Shown in pieces: positions 8,677-17,142 of a DNA stretch of 64,000 nucleotides. The notes under the pieces were generated by a model that worked only from the letters and a program-made list of their open reading frames with translations, had not been told where the DNA came from and made no database searches. The position numbers and the translations under genes are program-made. How positions within the stretch are numbered: position 1 is the stretch's first letter; every line of letters begins with the position of its first letter. The stretch is from Candidatus Avispirillum sp. Its GTDB lineage: Bacteria > Bacillota > Clostridia > Oscillospirales > CAG-272. Location: positions 34,424 to 98,423 of the forward strand of contig JAZORY010000056.1 in NCBI GenBank assembly GCA_045656825.1, in the 5' to 3' direction.

Positions 8677-9147
8677 TTGATTACGTTTACCCTAAAGCCT
8701 ACCGACTCTAACTTCACCTATACCTACACTGTTTTTGACAAAAACGGAGATAATCTCTTCGAGGCATCATCAATCCGCGAGCCAAAATTCCAAATGATTT
8801 CTAAAGATATTCTTCGCGTATATGTTCAGGCAGGAACTGGGATCAGTACACGAACAAATCGTTATTTTGATGTAAAGAAAAACCTTGTTTCCGAAGAATA
8901 TATTTATATTCTTGATGAAACTAAAGAGTATGTTGCTTATGGAGATTACGATGGATCAACCACTTCTCTTATTGTTAAAGATATTTTTCACGGTAGCTAT
9001 AAAAAGGATTTTATCTTTGACAATATAGCAACTAATATGGCGGATCCCATTCTCTCTGCAGAATTTTCCGACGACGGCAAATATATTAAAGTTACATATT
9101 TCGTTGGTAACAATTATGAAACAGAAATAGTGGTTCTACCTTTATAA
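8677..9147 (+). CDS. Hypothetical protein (start uncertain; in frame with the upstream M56 gene)
   Basis: 156-codon ORF that begins at a TTG with no convincing RBS. It is in the same frame as 6472..8652 and separated only by TGA 8650-8652 plus 8 sense codons. The first in-frame ATG is at 8794. Confidence 0.4.
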   Translation: MITFTLKPTDSNFTYTYTVFDKNGDNLFEASSIREPKFQMISKDILRVYVQAGTGISTRTNRYFDVKKNLVSEEYIYILDETKEYVAYGDYDGSTTSLIVKDIFHGSYKKDFIFDNIATNMADPILSAEFSDDGKYIKVTYFVGNNYETEIVVLPL

Positions 9148-9195
9148 CAAAATAATCTTGCTCCTTATGAACTAATCCGGTAAAATCAGGCAATC

Positions 9196-9248
9196 AAAAA
9201 AGATACCTCCTATGGTAGAATTAAAACAACTACCATAGGAGGATTTTT
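9196..9248. terminator. Strong hairpin terminator (13-bp stem) with flanking A- and T-runs
   Basis: The sequence is aaaaaagataCCTCCTATGGTAGaattaaaacaaCTACCATAGGAGGattttt. Confidence 0.75.
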
Positions 9249-9354
9249 ATGCCAAGAATTTATAGTCAGATAAAAGATTACGATTTGAAATTTAGAAGCT
9301 GGTATATAATTTGATCTTCAGTAGTTACTACCACTTAGGTCTTTTTATGCTGCT

Positions 9355-9391
9355 CTTACAATTTAGAATCGCCCAATTTGTAAGATTTTTT
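9355..9391 (+). terminator. Terminator-like hairpin oriented for the plus strand
   Basis: CTTACAA...TTGTAAG is a 7-bp stem followed by ATTTTTTG. No annotated plus-strand gene ends here. Confidence 0.4.
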
Positions 9392-9392
9392 G

Positions 9393-9734
9393 TTATTTAT
9401 ATTTAACAAATCCGTAGCTGTAAAGGATAGAGAAATATTTTGCCAGGCGCTCATAGAAATAGTCCCCATCAAGCTCCTCATTTGCCTTTATCTCCGTTGC
9501 AATAGCCGATATATCCCGCTCTCCGTTAATTTGATGCCATACCAGACTGCCCTCACGGTCAAGGTGAATATAAGTCATCTTTGGCTTAAAGAGGATCACC
9601 TGGGTCAGTCTTTTCATTAAACCCTTATTCTCTACACATAGTGTTACGATTCCCTTTTCATCTTCTTCCCAAGTTATCTTTTCGCTTATAACGGGAACAA
9701 GATCAAGATAGTTACCGTTCTTTTTTCGCTTCAT
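9393..9734 (-). CDS. PqqD-family (RRE-like) small protein
   Basis: The segment HLDREGSLVWHQINGERDISAIATEI...YFYERLAKYFSILYSYGFV matches the PqqD pattern. The first ATG (MKRKKNG) at 9734 overlaps the OPT stop by 23 nt. The track ORF extends to a TTG at 9770. Confidence 0.55.
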   Translation of the reverse strand: MKRKKNGNYLDLVPVISEKITWEEDEKGIVTLCVENKGLMKRLTQVILFKPKMTYIHLDREGSLVWHQINGERDISAIATEIKANEELDGDYFYERLAKYFSILYSYGFVKYK

Positions 9735-11643
9735 CTTTTCTCTCTTTTCTTGAAATAGCAAATAAAACAAGCGCTGCGATCACACATCCGAACAAGACAA
9801 GGCTTAATAGACTTGACGTTACAGATGAAAGATTCAAGGCTTCTCCCAGATCTATCACCTTATCTATGCCGAATACTGCCATGAGAGCAAGTAAAATTCC
9901 AACCAGTCCCTCACCTGCGATCATACCTGAAGAGAATAAAATTCCTCGGCTGATGATCTTTTCTTTTTTATCACCCTTGATTTTTTCAAGAGCAAGACGT
10001 ACCAGTCCGCCAACCATTATGCAGCAATTGAGATGAATAGGAAGGTATATACCAATGGCAAAGGGTAAAACGGGAATTCCGACTATCTCTGCAACTACCG
10101 CTATAAATACTCCTATGAGCACAAGTGTCCAAGGCAGATTTCCCTCCATAACGCCTTCAACTATCAATTTCATCAATGTTGCCTGAGGCGCGGCCAGCTC
10201 CTCAGAACCAAATCCCCATGCAGAGTCCAAAAGATAAAGAGTTCCACCTATTGCAAATGCTGCTGCAACAACGCCCATGATCTCAGCTATTTGCTGACTA
10301 CGTGGTGTTGCCCCAAGAAGATATCCTGTTTTTAAGTCCTGCGAGGTATCACCAGAAATTGCCGCAATAATACATATAATTGAGCCGATAGCAATTGCAC
10401 TTCTCATTCCCTGCATACCGACAGATCCTGTAAGCTTCAAAATTAACGTTGCAATAAGCAGCGTCGCTATTGCCATGCCCGAAACAGGATTGTTTGAGCT
10501 TCCAACAATGCCAACCATCCTTGATGACACCGTTGCAAAAAAGAATCCGAAAATCACTACAATAATAGCTCCCACCAGACTTATAGGAACTGCAGGAACA
10601 AGCCATACCAGAATAGTTAATGCACCAATTGCCATAATTACTGCCTTCATAGGAAGCTCTCTTGACGTTCTGCTTCCATCAGACATATCAGACACTTTAA
10701 TGCTTTTCACTGCTGCAACAAAGGTTCTCACAATAAGGGGCAACGATTTTATAAGACTGATGATGCCTCCTGCCGCCAATGCACCTGCGCCTATATACCG
10801 TATATAAGTGCTCCAAATTCCGCTTGCTCCATTCTCGGCAAATATTTTCCCGATAGAATCGGACGCCGGATATATGATCATAGTCTCTCCAAAGAAAACT
10901 ATCAGCGGAATTATAACAAGCCAACTGAAAATACCGCCTGCAAACATATAGGAAGAAATTCTCGGACCGCAAATATACCCGACACTCATAACCGCAGGAT
11001 ATATCTGTGTTCCAAACTCAGTCTTATATCCTGACATACGTATGTTCAGCGATATTTCACCGGCAACAAGCTTTAATCCATCTATTATAAATTTTACAAT
11101 TGCTGCAACACCCATCCCCGCAAAAACAGTAGAAGCATTTGAAGCGCCTCGTTCTCCCGCCATTAGCACCTCAGCGCAGGCCTGCCCCTCAGGATATGGC
11201 AAAATTCCATGCTCCCGCACAATAAGAGCGTTTCGAAGCGGGACCATAAAAAGCACGCCAAGCAAACCACCAAGTAAAGCTATAACTGTTATTTCTACCA
11301 TACTCGGCGCTTCCATAGTTCCGCTTGACGCCCAAAGGAATAATGCAGGAAGTGTGAAAATAGCACCTGCTGCAAGAGATTCTCCCGCCGAACCGATTGT
11401 TTGAACTATATTACTTTCTAGAATAGAATTTTTTCGCATTACAACGCGAATAATACCCATAGCAAGAACAGCCGCGGGAATTGAAGCAGAAACCGTCATT
11501 CCAACCCTTAGGCCCAAATATGCGTTAGCAGCGCCAAATATCACCGACAACAGAATCCCCATAACAACTGAGGTTATTGTTATTTCAGGTGTTATTTTCT
11601 CTGAAGGAATATACGGCTTGTAATCATCTTGATTTTTATCCAT
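9712..11643 (-). CDS. OPT family oligopeptide transporter
   Basis: 643-aa polytopic protein. The N-terminus YKPYIPSEKITPEITITSVVMGILLSVIFGAANAYLGLRVGMTVSASIPAAV is typical of bacterial OPT (TC 2.A.67) proteins. Confidence 0.9.
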   Translation of the reverse strand: MDKNQDDYKPYIPSEKITPEITITSVVMGILLSVIFGAANAYLGLRVGMTVSASIPAAVLAMGIIRVVMRKNSILESNIVQTIGSAGESLAAGAIFTLPALFLWASSGTMEAPSMVEITVIALLGGLLGVLFMVPLRNALIVREHGILPYPEGQACAEVLMAGERGASNASTVFAGMGVAAIVKFIIDGLKLVAGEISLNIRMSGYKTEFGTQIYPAVMSVGYICGPRISSYMFAGGIFSWLVIIPLIVFFGETMIIYPASDSIGKIFAENGASGIWSTYIRYIGAGALAAGGIISLIKSLPLIVRTFVAAVKSIKVSDMSDGSRTSRELPMKAVIMAIGALTILVWLVPAVPISLVGAIIVVIFGFFFATVSSRMVGIVGSSNNPVSGMAIATLLIATLILKLTGSVGMQGMRSAIAIGSIICIIAAISGDTSQDLKTGYLLGATPRSQQIAEIMGVVAAAFAIGGTLYLLDSAWGFGSEELAAPQATLMKLIVEGVMEGNLPWTLVLIGVFIAVVAEIVGIPVLPFAIGIYLPIHLNCCIMVGGLVRLALEKIKGDKKEKIISRGILFSSGMIAGEGLVGILLALMAVFGIDKVIDLGEALNLSSVTSSLLSLVLFGCVIAALVLFAISRKERKDEAKKER

Positions 11644-11671
11644 AGTTCAAACCTTTCTGTTATTTTGTATG

Positions 11672-11712
11672 CAAAAAATAAAAACAGCCTGAGCATCAAT
11701 TCTCAGACTGTT
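11672..11712 (-). terminator. Intrinsic terminator inside the 5' leader of the OPT gene (candidate attenuator)
   Basis: On the minus strand the sequence is ACAGTCTGAGaattgatgCTCAGGCTGTTTTTATTTTTT. It ends about 30 nt upstream of the OPT RBS (AGAAAGG) and start codon. Confidence 0.6.
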
Positions 11713-11761
11713 ATACGCTTGTGTCAAATATTTACGCCGCAAATGATCTGCGGCAAGATTT

Positions 11762-11790
11762 ATTATACTGTATTTTGTAGCGGATTTCAA
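11762..11790 (-). promoter_or_regulatory. Sigma-A-type promoter for the OPT operon
   Basis: On the minus strand: TTGAAA (11790-11785), 17-nt spacer, TATAAT (11767-11762). The predicted leader is about 115 nt. It contains a GCCGCAgatcatttGCGGC hairpin followed by the terminator. Confidence 0.5.
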
Positions 11791-11837
11791 CGCTTTTCAC
11801 AATTTATTCAATTGAGAATATATGGATACCCTCAGCT

Positions 11838-11871
11838 AAAAGCAAAGGGCCGGACATCTTTTGTCCGACCC
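11838..11871 (-). terminator. Terminator of the SASP gene
   Basis: On the minus strand: GGGTCGGACAaaagaTGTCCGGCCC followed by TTTGCTTTT. Confidence 0.6.
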
Positions 11872-11923
11872 TGCTTTAGACGATTGCTTATTTTGCAAAC
11901 GACTAAAGAAACGTTTTCCTTAA

Positions 11924-12124
11924 TTACTTTGTGCCCTTAATATCGTTTTCGTACTTCTCGATCATCTTCTTTACCATCTGACCACCGACAGAGCCTGCCT
12001 GGCGGGAGGTGAGATCGCCATTGTAGCCCTGCTTGAGATTTACGCCAACTTCGTTTGCTGCCTCCATCTTAAACTGTTCAAGTGCTGCCTTTGCTTCAGG
12101 CACAAGTGTTTTGTTGCTTGCCAT
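11924..12124 (-). CDS. Small acid-soluble spore protein, alpha/beta type
   Basis: 66-aa ORF. EQFKMEAANEVGVNL...LTSRQAGSVGGQMVKKMIE matches the two conserved SASP alpha/beta blocks. Confidence 0.9.
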   Translation of the reverse strand: MASNKTLVPEAKAALEQFKMEAANEVGVNLKQGYNGDLTSRQAGSVGGQMVKKMIEKYENDIKGTK

Positions 12125-12301
12125 TTCTTTTTCCTTTCGCGGAGCGCGTGCTCCTTTTCTCCCGAGGGAGTTTATCTATATTAATTGAGAGCGATGTTTC
12201 ACTCTCTGTCATTATTATCTGACACAAGCATTTTTTTATGAATGGCAATTTTATGGGATGTTTACTGATTGTGTATTTTTATTTTCAAATCAATATAACG
12301 T

Positions 12302-13105
12302 TCACCTTGAAGGCTTCAGCACAAGTTTTATTATCCATAGTTGCAAACGCTTCGGAAGAACATTTAACATAAGAAGCAACGGGTTACGATTTATCGTATA
12401 CACAAATCGTGGATTACGTTTATTTATTATTCTTATCATCTTTTTCGCAATCTTTAGCGGTTTTACGCTTCTTGCTTCTACCTTGTCCACGATCCTCTTA
12501 AATCTTTCGGCATTACAGATATAAAGCTCTGTTTCTTTGCAAAATCTATCGAGCTCACAAGTGGACACGCCTATCATATCAGTGGAAACAGCGCCTGCGC
12601 GGAGAACGCTCACCTTAATATCCTTCAGTTGTAATTCCATGCTGAGAGAATATGCATACTTATCAAGCGCACCTTTGGTTACAGCGTATATTCCCGTAAA
12701 AGGTAATGGATCAAGCGGTGCAAGCTCGCTTGTTGTTATAACGATTCTGGAGCCTTTTTTCAGAAGAGGCAAAAAGGTTTTATTTACAAGAAAAACTCCG
12801 CCAAGGTTTACTTTGAAAATTTTTTCAAAGGCTGAAGCTTCCATTTCAACAAGGGAATCAAGCATATATATCCCTGCAAAATGGATGATTGCAAAAAGCT
12901 CGTTCGTTTGCTCGCTTATCTTCTTAAATGCGCTTATAACGCTTTCCTTGTCGGTGATATCCGCTTCAACGGGAATTATATCCTCTTCCGCGGCTTCAAC
13001 ATATTTATCCAGAGCAAATACGCAAAATCCCTGCTCCTTCAAGGCATTTGCCGTTGCTCTACCCATTCCACCGTAAGCACCGGTTATCAAAACTGAAGGC
13101 TTCAT
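12302..13105 (-). CDS. SDR family oxidoreductase
   Basis: TGAYGGMGRA is a Rossmann motif (TGxxxGxG) and YAVTKGALDKY is the YxxxK catalytic motif. Confidence 0.85.
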   Translation of the reverse strand: MKPSVLITGAYGGMGRATANALKEQGFCVFALDKYVEAAEEDIIPVEADITDKESVISAFKKISEQTNELFAIIHFAGIYMLDSLVEMEASAFEKIFKVNLGGVFLVNKTFLPLLKKGSRIVITTSELAPLDPLPFTGIYAVTKGALDKYAYSLSMELQLKDIKVSVLRAGAVSTDMIGVSTCELDRFCKETELYICNAERFKRIVDKVEARSVKPLKIAKKMIRIINKRNPRFVYTINRNPLLLMLNVLPKRLQLWIIKLVLKPSR

Positions 13106-13485
13106 TTTTCGCTCAGCTCCTTACAATATGCGCTGATAGCAGCGGATGCAAACTCTGCTGTTCCCGCTCCGTATTTATCTATATTTTTCTTAAAGCGCTC
13201 GTCGCAAACGTACGTCTGACCAAGTCCTGACAAAATCTCATTGGTGCATGTGTAATAATTAGCTGTGATATATGCCTGAAGCTTAGCTGCAAGCGCTTTT
13301 GATTCTTCCGATTCCTCGCCAACACCTCTGCCATTAAGCTCTGCAAATTCGGCAAATACAGCCATCAATCCCTCGTTTACTTTTGACCAATTCTCTTTCG
13401 TATAATTCTTGGTTTTCTCCTCATACTCACCATAGGCGTTTGTTTTACCATAGCGCAGACGAGCTTCTGTTTCATAATTTTTCAT
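13102..13485 (-). CDS. TipAS antibiotic-recognition domain protein (stand-alone, no MerR DNA-binding domain)
   Basis: ETEARLRYGKTNAYGEYEEKTKNYTKENW...YITANYYTCTNEILSGLGQTYVCDERFKKNIDKYG is typical of TipAS. I moved the start to ATG 13485 (MKNYETE) because the longer GTG start at 13521 lies inside the upstream terminator hairpin. The gene overlaps the SDR start by 4 nt. Confidence 0.7.
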   Translation of the reverse strand: MKNYETEARLRYGKTNAYGEYEEKTKNYTKENWSKVNEGLMAVFAEFAELNGRGVGEESEESKALAAKLQAYITANYYTCTNEILSGLGQTYVCDERFKKNIDKYGAGTAEFASAAISAYCKELSEK

Positions 13486-13512
13486 AACTATAATACACCT
13501 TATTATATAATC

Positions 13513-13538
13513 AAAAGCCACCGATTTCGGTGGCTTTT
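13513..13538. terminator. Hairpin terminator after gene 13551..14309
   Basis: The sequence is AAAAGCCACCgatttcGGTGGCTTTT, with T-runs on both strands. Confidence 0.65.
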
Positions 13539-13550
13539 AGATTTACAAAA

Positions 13551-14309
13551 TTATTCGTACTTAAATACTTCGCCACGGCGGAGAGCTTCTCTCTTAGCAG
13601 CCTTATCAGCAGCCTTTTCCATAGCCTTGATAGTCATCTTTTCAACAGCGTGGTTGATATCTGCTGCAGCCTTATCGATGTCTGCACCGTATTCAACGCT
13701 GAAGTCTACAAGCTTTTCGCCTGCCTTTGTTTCAAGAACAAAGGAATAAACGGGAACTGTTCTGCCGTCTGCAAGAGTAAATGTGGATTCCTCGATGCGA
13801 GCTTCCTTGATATCCTCATAGTTAGCTGCGCCGCAGATCTCGTAGTTAACACCTTCAGAATCGTCGATAATGGAGAAATGCTTACCGTATACTACGATCT
13901 TTTCACGAGAGAAATACAGCTGAGCTGCATTATATTCGCTTGTTCTGTATTTATAGTCGGGACACTTCTTGCAAAGCACGCCTTCTGCACGATAATCAAA
14001 TCCCTTAAGGAATACGGGCTTGATGATGGGGTTGAAATGTCTTTCATAAACTTCATGCTTGATCATTGCCTGCTCGGGAATATCCTTGATAACGCCTTCG
14101 ATCTGGTTGTCAATTTCAGATTCGCCGGACTTTGTTCCGCTTGCGAATACTGCAACGCCAACACCTACGAGGGAGATTACAAGACCGAAGGGGCGTGTCT
14201 GAGGAACTATCATAAGAATAAGACCGAAGAGAACGATGATAAGTCCAGCAACCAGCACGGGATTGATTCCCTTAGAAGTGAAATACTTCAGATTACGTTT
14301 GGTTTCCAT
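13551..14309 (-). CDS. Hypothetical membrane protein (two N-terminal TM helices plus a soluble domain)
   Basis: I chose the start at ATG 14309 (METKRNLKYF) because an AGGAAAGG RBS precedes it. The ATG at 14345 has no RBS. I recognise no family. Confidence 0.55.
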   Translation of the reverse strand: METKRNLKYFTSKGINPVLVAGLIIVLFGLILMIVPQTRPFGLVISLVGVGVAVFASGTKSGESEIDNQIEGVIKDIPEQAMIKHEVYERHFNPIIKPVFLKGFDYRAEGVLCKKCPDYKYRTSEYNAAQLYFSREKIVVYGKHFSIIDDSEGVNYEICGAANYEDIKEARIEESTFTLADGRTVPVYSFVLETKAGEKLVDFSVEYGADIDKAAADINHAVEKMTIKAMEKAADKAAKREALRRGEVFKYE

Positions 14310-14398
14310 AAAAATGACCTTTCCTTTCTTTTGCCCCCTCGCCATTTCGATCGACGAGACGAGCTCTTCTGCATTATATTATAACAGATAAACTTAAC

Positions 14399-15469
14399 TT
14401 AGTCAACAACAACTGTCCAACCCATGGAATCTTCTGCTTTACCCCACTGGATTGACGTGATACAGTCGTACAATTTCTGAGAAATTTCGCCGATCTCACC
14501 GTTGTTAATAACAATTTTCTCCTCGCCGTCCATATACTGACCAACGGGGGAAATTACAGCAGCTGTGCCTGTTCCGAAGGACTCCTGCAGCTTGCCTGCC
14601 TTATGTGCCTCGAAAATCTCATCAACTGCGATCTTTCTCTCTTCAACCTCATATCCAAGGTGGCGGAGCATTTCAATACAAGATGCTCTTGTTACGCCGG
14701 GGAGGATATTTCCGTCCTCAAGAGAGGGAGTTACGGCTTTTCCGTCTATAACGAAGAACACGTTCATCGCGCCAACTTCGTCGATATACTTACGATCAAC
14801 ACCATCAAGCCAGAGCACCTGCTCGCAGCCCATCTGAGCCGCCTTTACCTGACCTGAAAGGGATGCCGCATAGTTTCCGCCGCACTTTGCCATACCTGTT
14901 CCGCCCTTTACACAACGGACGTAATCACGCTCAATATAAATTTTTACGGGATTTAATCCGCCTGCATAGTATGAACCGACAGGTGAAAGAATAATAATAA
15001 ACAGATAGTTCTTTGCGGGATGAACTCCAAGCTGGGGTTCTGTTGCAATAATAAAGGGACGGATATAAAGTGAAGTTCCTTCGCTGTGAGGGATCCATTC
15101 CTTTTCGTAATTTACAAGGGTTTTGATTGCCTGCAAAGCATCCTCGGCAGGAATCTCGGGAACGCACATTCTGCGGCATGTGTTGTTCATTCTCTCGATG
15201 TTCTTCTCGGGACGGAACAAACGGATCTTGCCATCTGCGCATCTATATGCTTTAAGACCTTCAAAAAGCTCCTGACCGTAATGGAAAACCATTGCAGAGG
15301 GATCAAGAGATATGGGTCCGTAAGGAACGATTCTGGCATCATGCCAGCCCTGCCCTTCGTCATAATTCATAATGAACATATGGTCTGTAAAATAACGACC
15401 AAATCCAAGCTCATTATCAGCGGGCTTTGTTTTGAGTGTTGCCGCAGGCTCAATTTTGATATTCAGCAT
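14399..15469 (-). CDS. ilvE: Branched-chain amino acid aminotransferase
   Basis: 356-aa class IV aminotransferase (FGRYFTDHMF..., EGLKAYR, GGTGMAKCGGNYAASL). Confidence 0.9.
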   Translation of the reverse strand: MLNIKIEPAATLKTKPADNELGFGRYFTDHMFIMNYDEGQGWHDARIVPYGPISLDPSAMVFHYGQELFEGLKAYRCADGKIRLFRPEKNIERMNNTCRRMCVPEIPAEDALQAIKTLVNYEKEWIPHSEGTSLYIRPFIIATEPQLGVHPAKNYLFIIILSPVGSYYAGGLNPVKIYIERDYVRCVKGGTGMAKCGGNYAASLSGQVKAAQMGCEQVLWLDGVDRKYIDEVGAMNVFFVIDGKAVTPSLEDGNILPGVTRASCIEMLRHLGYEVEERKIAVDEIFEAHKAGKLQESFGTGTAAVISPVGQYMDGEEKIVINNGEIGEISQKLYDCITSIQWGKAEDSMGWTVVVD

Positions 15470-15503
15470 ATTAAGCCTTCTTTCTAAGAGTACATTTCAC
15501 TTA

Positions 15504-15532
15504 ATTATACACGCTTTCTCTTATCAAATCAA
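15504..15532 (-). promoter_or_regulatory. Sigma-A-type promoter for ilvE
   Basis: On the minus strand: TTGATT, 17-nt spacer, TATAAT, about 30 nt upstream of the start codon. Confidence 0.45.
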
Positions 15533-15660
15533 CATTCTTTTCAACTATTTTATCAAAAATCGGTCAACTTAAAACTTTTTCTACGTATTGACGAAATAAC
15601 CCTCAAAAAACTGTACAAATTACTCATACAGTCTATTATGTAACAGAAAGGAAATCCGCT

Positions 15661-16899
15661 ATGAAAAAACTTCTTTGCCTTATCTTCTTTTGCCTTCTTG
15701 CCGCCACACCCGCTTTTGCCGCAGAAGATTCGATCCTCTCCCCCGGACTTCTGGTTATTTGCGCAGAAGATCCGATGGTAACGTCCGGTCTTACGGGCGA
15801 GCCTGTTGCTTTTTCAAGTGAAAGCTTTTGCATGCATATGGGAGCTTCGCACTATGACAAAATCACTATAACAGAGCTTCCGCCCGAAAACGAAGGTACA
15901 CTCAGTCTTGCTGGAGAGGCGCTGTCCGTCGGAGACACTATCAGCTATGAAAACACAGACAGAATGGTATTCTCCCCTGCAAAATCAACTGTTTCAAGCA
16001 GCTTTTTCTTCTCAATTGACGATGGTTTCAGCACAAAATGTACCATAAAGCTGGCTGAGGATTTTAACTATTCTCCTACGGCATCATCTGCCATGACTGC
16101 GATAGAAACCTTTTCGGGCACGTCCTTCAAAGGTCATATGGTTGCCCATGATCCTGAGGGGGACGATCTTACATACGAAATAACAAAATACCCCAACGGT
16201 GTATTTACGTACAGCAGTAAAACGGGAAATTTCACATACAAGCCCACAACGACCGGAAAAGACAGCTTCAGCTTTGTTGTTAAGGACGACTGGGGAAATT
16301 ATTCGGACGAAGCAACCGTAGACTTGTCCGTTTCAACCAACACCACCGGCATAAGCTTCAAGGATATGAAGGATAACGGAGCTTACAGCGCGGCGATAAA
16401 CATGATAAACGACGGAATAATGGATGCCACAGAAGCAAACGGAGAGGTTTTCTTTGACCCCGATGCCAATATTTCCCGCGTTGATTTTCTCGTTACTGCC
16501 ATGAAGGCTCTCGGAGCATCAAATCTTCCCGAAATTTCAAAAACTGATTTTGCAGATGATGAAAACATTCCATCCGAGGCAAAGTGCTACGTTCAAAGTG
16601 CACTTCAGCTGGGCATCATAAAGGGAACCTACAACAGCTCAGGTGAAATCTGCTTTAACCCTGACTCCAACATTACCAGAGCTGAGGCTGCCTCAATAAT
16701 AAACAACATACTCGGATATACGCCCTCCTGCAGCTACTCCTTTGAAGACCTTGTTCCCGACTGGGCTGACGTCTCTGTTTCGGCTATGTATGAGCTGGGA
16801 GCATTTACCACAGACAAAGGCTTTATAAATGCTACACAATGCATCACGAAGGCAGAAATGGCTCAAATGCTCAACAGATTAAAAGAGCTTGTTTTCTGA
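15661..16899 (+). CDS. Cell-wall-anchored protein with a cadherin/Ig-like domain and three C-terminal SLH repeats
   Basis: The signal peptide is MKKLLCLIFFCLLAATPAFAA. HDPEGDDLTYEI...FTYKPTTTGKDSFSFVVKDDWGNYS is a cadherin-like motif. There are three SLH-like repeats (FKDMKDNGAYSAAINMI..., FADDENIPSEAKCYVQSA..., FEDLVPDWADVSVSAMYE...). Confidence 0.8.
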   Translation: MKKLLCLIFFCLLAATPAFAAEDSILSPGLLVICAEDPMVTSGLTGEPVAFSSESFCMHMGASHYDKITITELPPENEGTLSLAGEALSVGDTISYENTDRMVFSPAKSTVSSSFFFSIDDGFSTKCTIKLAEDFNYSPTASSAMTAIETFSGTSFKGHMVAHDPEGDDLTYEITKYPNGVFTYSSKTGNFTYKPTTTGKDSFSFVVKDDWGNYSDEATVDLSVSTNTTGISFKDMKDNGAYSAAINMINDGIMDATEANGEVFFDPDANISRVDFLVTAMKALGASNLPEISKTDFADDENIPSEAKCYVQSALQLGIIKGTYNSSGEICFNPDSNITRAEAASIINNILGYTPSCSYSFEDLVPDWADVSVSAMYELGAFTTDKGFINATQCITKAEMAQMLNRLKELVF

Positions 16900-16968
16900 A
16901 TATAAGCCTTGATATCGGAAACAATAATAGAGCTTAAAGCAATTTTTAATATCAAGGAGTATGAATAA

Positions 16969-17142
16969 ATGGCAAAGAACAATCAGGCACAGAATAAAAG
17001 CCAAGTTGAAAACAAGCAGCCTACAAACAAGAGAGCTGAAAACAATGCTCAGAATCAGAGCGAAAACAGCGTTCCCAACAGAGCTCACACAGAAATGAAA
17101 AAGCAGAGCCAAAATAAAAAGAGCGACACTAATTGCCGATAA
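16969..17142 (+). CDS. Small (57 aa) highly hydrophilic N/Q/K-rich protein, possibly a minor SASP-like spore protein
   Basis: The ORF falls below the track's size cut-off. The protein is MAKNNQAQNKSQVENKQPTNKRAENNAQNQSENSVPNRAHTEMKKQSQNKKSDTNCR. An AAGGAG RBS lies 9 nt upstream, and a strong terminator begins 10 nt after the stop. It competes with the hydrophobic minus-strand ORF 16879..17151. Confidence 0.45.
   Translation: MAKNNQAQNKSQVENKQPTNKRAENNAQNQSENSVPNRAHTEMKKQSQNKKSDTNCR

Noticed and set aside
11594-11696. Short ORF starting at an ATG in the loop of the OPT leader terminator, as a possible leader peptide
   Set aside because: It has no RBS and is out of frame with the OPT gene while overlapping its start. 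Its sequence is dictated by the terminator T-run.
13530-14384. 284-aa plus-strand ORF antisense to gene 13551..14309
   Set aside because: The ORF would start within the hairpin terminator at 13513-13538 and has no RBS. The minus-strand ORF has a good RBS, TM helices and its own terminator.
15470-15660. Looked for a T-box or other leader upstream of ilvE
   Set aside because: The predicted leader is only about 30 nt long. There is no specifier or T-box sequence and no terminator/antiterminator pair.
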